NCBI GenBank assembly: GCA_951406725.2
Contig: OX597815.1
Location: 143,158,001-143,222,000 of the forward strand
Length of the DNA: 64,000 nucleotides
Source: Octopus vulgaris
Lineage: Eukaryota
Direction: 5' to 3'
A model generated the notes under the pieces. That model was given only the letters and a program-made list of their open reading frames with translations, had not been told where the DNA came from and ran no database searches. Of the stretch, positions 55,585-64,000 are shown one piece after another; the first letter of the stretch is position 1, and each line of letters begins with the position of its first letter. The position numbers were made by a program, and so were the translations under genes.

Positions 55585-55664
55585 TTTATAGTATAGAAAG
55601 AAGGATAACAGGGAAACGCCGTTCGTAGGAGAGGCTAGGAAGTAAAAAAAATGAAGGATGAAAT

Positions 55665-56110
55665 ATTCTTTTCTATTCTAGGTAAAAGGCGCAAAATTTT
55701 GGGGGAGGGTGCCAGTCGATTAGATTGACCTCAGAACGCAACTGGTACTTAATTTATCGAACTCAGAACATAAAGAGAGACGAAATACCTATTTTTTTAC
55801 TACCCACAAGGGGCTCAACACAGAGGACAAACAAGGACAGACAAACGGATTAAGTCGATTATATCGACCCCAGTGCGTAACTGGTACTTATTTAATCGAC
55901 CCCGAAAGGATGAAAGGCAAAGTCGATTTCGGTGGAATTTGAACTCAGAATGTAACGGCAGACGAAATACCTATTTCTTTACTACCCACAAGGGGCTAAA
56001 CACAGAGAGGACAAACAAGGAGAGACAAACGGATTAAGTCGATTATATCGACCTCAGTACGTAACTGGTACTTAATTTATCGATCCTGAAAGGATGAAAG
56101 GTAAGGTCGG
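55665..56110 (-). mobile_element. 5'-truncated SINE-A trimer
   Basis: Repeated units joined at GACGAAATAC|CTATTT (about 55788 and 55970). Confidence 0.88.
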
Positions 56111-56246
56111 GCCTCATCTGCGCCCATATATATCTTGGTTTTATCTCGAAGAGTACGTTAAACGAAAGAAAGCGGTAATAAAGAATTACCCAAAATTCTG
56201 ACTGGCTTCTTTTTCTTGTTACAACATTTGTGCAGCGCTTCAAGTA

Positions 56247-56303
<57 letters not shown>

Positions 56304-56308
56304 CATAA

Positions 56309-56351
<43 letters not shown>

Positions 56352-58384
56352 CATATATGTGTGTATGTGTGTGTGTGTTTGTATATGTATGTAAAAATGT
56401 ATGTATGTATGGATGGATGTATATATGTGTGTGTGTACGTATGTATATATAGCATATTATAAGAGATAATGGTGTCATAGCATATTATAAAAGTATATAC
56501 ATATATATATATACATATATAGCCAGGCATCCAATCCTCTTCTTATCAATCGGTCTGCTTTTCTTCAGATCGCACTATACTTTATAACCTCCCATAGAGT
56601 AAAGATCAAATGTAGTACAGTACATTACTCGGTTATATATAAAATATATTTTTAATCAGTCGATTAATCACGTAGTTACGCCTTTGAAAATTTCTCGTTT
56701 CAAAGCATGTTACTAAGTGCAAAATCAATATTTTTAGTTAAGGTGTGAGTGTTATCAATCAAGGTGGATTAGCCGTTTGAGTAGACTACTTGGGTTTATA
56801 AAATAAAGATCAGAAATTTTCAAGAACTTCGGTCGGAAGAATAGGAGTATCTAATATAAATCTTAAACAATTGAAGCGTGAAAAATACATAGCCAAACGT
56901 ACACGAAAATTTCGTAGCTGATAGAATGAATTTTGACACCAAATGATAGATTTTAAGTTAGCAGCTTTTGTGTATGTTTGAATAGCTAATGTCTTCCGCG
57001 TTGTAATTGGTTTAGGTTCAACGTAGTCTCAGATCAAATCATTTGCCTGGCAAGTACACCTCTTCACATAAATATTTTCAGCAGTTAACAGGCATTATAA
57101 GCTAAGTAGGGATTTTCGTAAGCTTAACGTATGCGGTATTTTATGCCTAACTTCTTACATTCACATTCAGGTGACCACATCTTTGAAAAATGTTAGCAGC
57201 TGAATCACCAGATACAAAATAGAGAAAAATATTTACTGACTAGTTTAAAATTATGCTCGAAGGGTGTGGCCCCGTAGTTAGAGTATTGCACTCACAATCG
57301 CAAGATTGTGGTTTTGATTTCTGGACCGGGAAGTGTGTTGGGTTCTTGAGCAAAACTCTTCATTTCATTATACTGAGCTATAAATAAGTAATCTTACAAC
57401 AGACTGGCGTCCTTTTTAGGGAGAGTGTTGTTATCCCTGTCATTTATACACCGTGAAACCCAAGTAGCTGGCTCGAGGACTCAAGTCAGTAATATCCAAT
57501 ATACATGAGTCTAGAATAAAGCCTCTTCATTATCCTGCAAATATAAACGAGTGTCCTGTGGAATTAGCGCTTGTCTGTAGATGCACGGAGAATATTGACG
57601 TTTGTAGTAAAACTTTTTATTGAACAGAAAATATTTTTTAAACCTATATCTTCAGTTCAGTACTACTATAAACAAATAAAAAAGTGTTTTATTCTTCATC
57701 ATTTTACAGCATAACACTTCATTCAAATTTTAGAATTTGCTTTCCTACATTAGCAAGTGATAGCTTTTACAATGTTATACCAACAAGGTGAAGTTTCGCC
57801 CCAAAATTCTTGATATTAGAGTAAGCAATACTGTAACCCATATACATTTGATTCTGGTGGTATGAAGCTTAACACCGTTTCCAACACCAGAACCTAGCAT
57901 TTCCGCCATCATTCGGTTACGATATTTCCTTTAACGCTAAATTAGAAAGCCTGTTTGCTTCATCGCTTTTACTCAATAAAGACATTACCGCATTTGCTAC
58001 GGTTCACAAAACATCGTAAGGATCTTACGTGGAGAGAAGATTTGTCAACGAACACAAAGGCAGTTCTAACTAATCTAATTAATTCTCAGGTGTAGTCTGA
58101 TAAAACGGTACGATGATATTTCTCACTTCGTGCTATATAGTTCGACTTTGAACAAGTTGGCAAATACGTGAAAATAAAGCGATAGAACGACCTTACTGGC
58201 GTAGCAAGGCGGAAAATCGGGTGCAAGCGAAATATTTATCGAAAACTAAGAAAAGAAATGTGCAGTACATATGATATTAGGTTGGCAGTTTCATACATAT
58301 GCACATACACATACAGACAAACACATACACATATCAATGTGAGCATGAGCACACGTATGCAATCAAACAAACACATATACACAC

Positions 58385-58415
<31 letters not shown>

Positions 58416-58586
58416 CAAATAAATTGATATATATGACTATAATTATATTATCCAATATATATATATATATATATATCATAATAAAGTATACAAATATACA
58501 CACATATGTATATTATATATATATATATATAAAGAGAGACAGACAGACAGACACAGACACATACATATAAATATATATACTACTTA

Positions 58587-58712
<126 letters not shown>

Positions 58713-59018
58713 ATGTATGCACATTCATATACATAAATCGATAATTTTTTACAATTTGAAGACAAAAACAGCGGAGAAAATCTCAGTCAAATGAAGTTCA
58801 TTTACAGTATTACATATGTGAAACTCTATATTATTTACTTCCTACAATGCGCTTCTTTGATATATTTTCTTCTACCCATTATCAATACATTTATATGTAT
58901 ATTTGCTTGTGTATACGCATGTGTGCGTTTATATATTCTAATTGATTTATTCTTTTGTGTGCATTTTCTTTCGAATACACTCACACACACACACTCACAC
59001 ATACACACATAGTCATAC

Positions 59019-61160
59019 GCACAGGTGTGATTGTGTGGTAAGAAACTCGCTTCCGCTTCCGGTTGTGTTAGTGCTGTTCTTACACCGTAGAAGTCGTCAC
59101 GCTGGTTTGCAGCAGGCGAAATATTGACTGAAAAAGAAGCTCAACTGTAAGGTAAGACTTTTGTATTTTGGGTCCAGTGGGAGTTTGTTGTTTGCTGTAA
59201 TTATTTTTGTACAAACAAATATTCCTCACTGGATTCTGGACTCTGGTCTGCCTACAGTTGAGAAAATAGTTTTTATCACTTAATTGTGAGAATTGTTGTT
59301 TTGGGGGCGTATCTCGCATCCAAAAACAGTTGGATTTTTTCACTAATTTTTGTGAAATTTGTGGAAGCTGTTTTCCGGTTGCTGCGTTCCAGTTTCGAAT
59401 TGGAGTACCTTTGGCCTGAAGTACCCAGTGGCCAGAAAATTTGTGTCTGCTGTGTTTTTGAAGTGTTTTCCTTCCGTTTTGCGACTTTCTTTTTGAAATT
59501 TTCTTTTCTTGAACTGTTTTCTTTCCTTCTTTTTTTGTAACTTTCTTATTTTGAACTTTTTTTCTCGAACTGTTTTCTTTCCGTTTGTGAATTTACGTTG
59601 ATCTTTGTTTTCTTCCAAGAATATGGCGAAGAAACAAGACTCTGTGTTGAAGTGAGAGATTGTCCCATCCAAGCAGTGGTTAAAAGACTTAAATGAGAGA
59701 ACGGAGGTGTTGAGGACTTATTCTAAGTCATTCGACACCATTATGGTCTTTCCCAAATGAAATTGAAAAAGAGTTGGCAGCATATCTGCCAACTATTAAG
59801 TTTATTGCCAGGGGTGTTAAGTACGCAACGGTGTGGTTGATGTTTGACACCCCTGAAGTAGCTCGCAAATTTGTGAGCCAGTCCTTAGAAGGGCAAATTA
59901 TTAAGTTTCTTAAACAAGAGCTTGAGTCCGTGGGCTGCCACCCGGAATTGAACCAGAGTGGATAGATAACACTATCCGCCGGGATCTGGGTAGCAGCGGA
60001 GCCAAGCTCCTCAATGTAAAAATTTTGCCTGCAGCTGATTGGGTGGGGTCAAAAGCTGTTTTGACCCTGTGGACCGAATCAGCCAAGAATCTAGTTTTTC
60101 CAGATTTTTTGAAAATGGCCGGGTGCAGGAACCCGGTGATTCTTGAGGGACGACGGTGAAGGTTGTGCCACTGGCAGGGGAAGAGACACCGTCGATGGGA
60201 TTTGTGCCGCCGATGGTAGAAGTGACTACCTCGTCCCCGGAGGAAGATAAATTATTGGTCTTCTACAGAGGCGGAGAGGTGGAGAACGTGTTGGAAAAGC
60301 ACCATAAGGGAGTACCTATAGCCTGCACACGGAATCTTGAATGGCCACCGCAGATAGCTGTGGAGGTCATAACGTTGCCCGTATTGTGTCAGCTGGAGGG
60401 ACTCAATGAGGAATATCGCTTGTGGCAGGGCGACGCCGACACGGCACCCGCTTTGTGCTTGAATGAGGCGTGGTTGATGGCGGAGTATACGGGCACAAGC
60501 GATGTTGGGGAGGAATATGGATAAGAGGTTTGAAAAGCCTCAGTGTTATTGAAAGTTCCAAGTTGGGAAAAAAGGTAAGAGGCTTAGAGCCTCATTTTGT
60601 TATTGAATATTGTGAACAGTGTAAGAGGTTTGTTGCCTCATGATATATAAGAGACCAATGTTCTCGGGAAACAACGATCGACGAACGTCGGCGCTTGTTT
60701 CCTCCATTAATCATCATTTTCATTTTTCATTTTATATAACATTATGTCTGTGTCCAGCCCGCAGCTTCCTTTCTCTATGTAAGGCCTTATAATGAAATAA
60801 AGAAGTAGTCTTCCCAACCACACGATTCCGGGTTCAGTCCCACTGTGAGAAACTTTATGCAAATGTCTTTTACTATAGCCTCGGTTCGACCAAATTCCCG
60901 TGAATGGATTTTGTAGGCGGAAACTGAAAGAAGCCTGTCATATATTTGAAGTATATGTGTGTGTATGTGTCGATGTGTGCACCTCTTTGCGTTTTTCTCC
61001 TAATGCTTTACAATCAGTGTTGGTTTGTTTAGGTCTTTTAACTTGGTGGTTCGGTTTATGAGACTGATAGAATAACTACTAGAGTCGATTTGTTCGACTA
61101 AAACCCTTCGATTGAATGCCCTAGCATGGCCACAGTCCAATGACTAAAACAAGTAAAAGA
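59019..61160 (+). mobile_element. Older SINE-B split by a 1.75-kb insertion
   Basis: Head 59019-59054 resumes at about 60815 (CAACCACACGATTCCGGGTTCAGTCCC) and continues to the 3' module. Confidence 0.85.
59055..60800 (+). mobile_element. Decayed ORF1-only L1/Tx1-like non-autonomous retroelement
   Basis: AYLPTIKFIARGVKYATVWLMFDTPEVARKF..VRGLPPGIEPEW..VILEGRR*RLCHWQGKRH (RRM-like plus degenerate zinc knuckle). T-rich 5' region, AATAAA at the end, no ORF2 motifs. Confidence 0.6.
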
Positions 61161-61714
61161 CTTTGTCGATCCTTTGTTAACGACTCGAACCTCTTTCAGA
61201 ACATTATTCATTGCCACAAAATTTCGTTTGCACATCAATTATAAGTTCTAAAACTTCAACAAAGTCCGAAAATCTCTCAAAACTTCTCTTGAAAAGTTAA
61301 TAAAGCACAAATTATCAATATAAAGTGAATGCATATAACAAAAACAACCCCATGACAGTACAATAAGCTAATAAATAATAAAATCAAATAGACAGAATAA
61401 AAAAACATTAATAAATAAAAGAAATCTACTGATCATTGAAAAATCTCTTCCTCACAAAGATATAAGAGATACAAACATTTATTAAATAAACAGGTGTAAT
61501 TACACGATAAATAGCATGAAGAATTATGTAAAAAGAACAAGTAATTAATTAAATTTCTGAAAATTAATTAATCATTTAATTAAATTCATGGTAAGTCCAT
61601 TCTTTGTTATAAACTGCTTTGTTATATCTTGCCGTGTTATATATCATTAAAAGGAAATAGCAAAGCAGACGGTCTAGGGTTAATTTTTTTTTCTTTTTAA
61701 TAAAATATCAAGAA

Positions 61715-61835
61715 GAAACCGATAGAATAAGTTCCAGGCTTTAAAAAATAAATACCAGGATCGACTAAACCCTTGAACGTGATGCTCCAATGTGGTTGCA
61801 GCCCAATGACTGAAACAAGTAAAAGATAAAAGATA
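61715..61835 (+). mobile_element. SINE-B 3' module only
   Basis: ACCGATAGAATAAG..GACTAAA..AATGACTGAAACAAGTAAAAGA. A similar decayed piece lies at about 39520-39650. Confidence 0.75.
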
Positions 61836-62367
61836 AGGGGATCGCCATAGTCAGTTCTTGTGAACATTCCAAATGTTTTAATATACTTCATCAGCAAAAT
61901 TTTTCAGTCCTGGCTTAATAACCGCTGACGTAGGTATTGTGGTATCACAGTGACAAAAAGAATCTTTCAACTTTTTTTCTATATACGCATCTATATTTCG
62001 GAAGTGAGTGGCACTCCTCAGAGTTTATTGCTTGTTGCATAGATTTGGCCTCCCTTCTCGATAGAAAACCCTAAGCCCTTCACCCCCAGCTCATAAGTAC
62101 TCCATAAACTCGATGCAGAGGACTTGAGGAGTTTGAGATTTCAAAGTCAGACTCGGTACGTGACCTGGGAATAAATATGAGAAATAATGCATCATGGACA
62201 TATTATCGAGACAGCATATATGTATACGTATGTATATATGTATATATGCGTACATATATACATATATATACGTGTACATAAATGTACATATATGCATATA
62301 CATACTTATACAGTTATATAAAATATATATATACATATATGTATGTAAGTATGAATATATATATATG

Positions 62368-62407
<40 letters not shown>

Positions 62408-62408
<1 letters not shown>

Positions 62409-62730
62409 AAGAGTTACGGAATGGAGTAGATAAGATCCGGGTTGCATATGTATCACAACGAACGGAACCTCGGAGGTGGTAGATATCCAAGCGAGATGTA
62501 TACTGCAGCTACATGACAGGTCAAGGGTATCTTGATTAAATAAAGTTTACATTGTCACAAGGAGATAAATTTTAACACATGCGTGTGTCGCAAGGAGGTA
62601 ATCAAGATACTCTTGGCCTGACGATTAACCTGCGGTATGCACTTCACCTGGATATCTACCACCTCCGAGGTTCCGCTTGCTATGAAACATATGTATCCCG
62701 GATCTTGTTTACTCCATTCCTTAACTCCTG
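62408..62730. mobile_element. MITE with ~130-bp TIRs and TA TSD (Tc1/mariner-type)
   Basis: TA|CAAGAGTTACGGAATGGAGT ... ACTCCATTCCTTAACTCCTG|TA; arms at about 62408-62538 and 62599-62730. Confidence 0.9.
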
Positions 62731-63120
62731 TATTCTTATTCGCATACCCGGTAACAGTGGTTACGTACCGGGAAATACATTAAAAAAAATTTCAACTTAT
62801 AGTACTTCAATACGAAAAATCCCACTATAAACCCTCAATAAATCACTATTGTCCCTAGAATACATATTTTCTTCAGAAAAATATTTTGTCCGTGTTTGTA
62901 GAGTTTATTAATGAATGATTTCACAAGTAGAAAAATCTAAAGAAATCATTCTTTAATAAACTCCACACACAACTTGGACAAAAAATTTTTCTGAAGAAAA
63001 TACTTATATAAATAAATTTCAATGTTATGATTAGCGAAAGCGAAACCGGTCGATAAACAATATAAGATATATTAAAAATTATATTAAAACTATGTAACGT
63101 GTATGCATTTTTCTTCTTTA

Positions 63121-63176
<56 letters not shown>

Positions 63177-64000
63177 GACGGCTGCCCATTACTCGATGTG
63201 TAAGTACTTTTTACTGTTTTACATGTAAAATCTAAAGTTATTATTCGATATCAAAGAGGAAAGAAACCCAAGATTTGAGACGAAAACTGCAAGTTTAGTC
63301 TATGATATAAAAACATTAAGTGGCAAACCTTCATTTAATTTTATCACATCTTCTCAAGTATGACCTGGAAAAACGAATGGAGAGCGAACATACTTTGATA
63401 ATATATATACAACTATTTGTATTAACACATGTTCGCAAAGAATTTAAACACACATTCGTGGATACATTCCCATAAATTAGAAACGAAGCACTGTCTCGTT
63501 CAATTCACTGAACAGTTAGAAATCAATCAGAAAAAAAAAGAAGCAATCACCCGTAAATACTCCGCTTATTTAAGTTCTGTTTTTCTGACTTCATTGACTC
63601 AAACAGAAAGTTCTGCTAACTTCATGGTATCATGCCTCCAACTTTATTAGAAGAAACCAGTAATGATCTGATATGGTAAAACAAAGAAACTGTTAACAAA
63701 ATACATAAGTAAGCTCGGAAGATTTGGGTTTTGACATTAAGTACAGCTCCTTTCTTCGAAGAGATAGTAAGTGTCCCTTTTAATGTGTTAGCGTTTATTT
63801 ACGCACTTTATTTTACTTTGATAAAGGAGCCCAGCCCCAAATATCAGAACTCACTTCTTATATGTGAGATAAGAAGAGTTAAATCCCATTAGTTACAAGA
63901 CTCTAAAAGACATTCCTATTTTGGTGGAGCCCATTACAACCAAAGCTTTTGAACAAGACATTTTAAGATTCAGATATAATATGGAGCCTATATCTTTCGA

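Noticed and set aside
60156-60524. 122-aa ORF as an independent gene
   Set aside because: It lies inside the decayed retroelement insert and has no recognisable domain.

Overview
Eukaryotic, AT-rich, very repeat-dense non-coding DNA (intron or intergenic). The tRNA-derived SINE families and the compound (TA/CA/TAGA/TATG)n microsatellites resemble those of octopus (coleoid cephalopod) genomes; that assignment is an inference from recall, not a search. I find no intact host protein-coding gene, rRNA, genuine tRNA or CRISPR array, and nearly all ORF-track entries are microsatellite translations. The supportable content is a layered transposon record: three SINE groups (my labels A, B, C; roughly 30 copies), decayed mariner and DD37D/maT DNA transposons, a decayed Helitron Rep region plus two non-autonomous Helitrons, CR1, RTE and R4/Dong-like (RLE) LINE fragments, an ORF1-only L1/Tx1-like insert, Penelope-like direct/inverted-repeat remnants with hammerhead-like motifs, a possible old Gypsy remnant and MITEs. 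The most unusual observations are SINE-B copies flanked by 58-91 bp direct duplications, a co-oriented pile-up of microsatellite-tailed RLE retroelements at 11.4-16.6 kb, SINE-A concatemers inserted as single units, and an inverted duplication hidden in simple repeats. None is a demonstrated new biological system; all are testable hypotheses. Boundaries of decayed elements are approximate.
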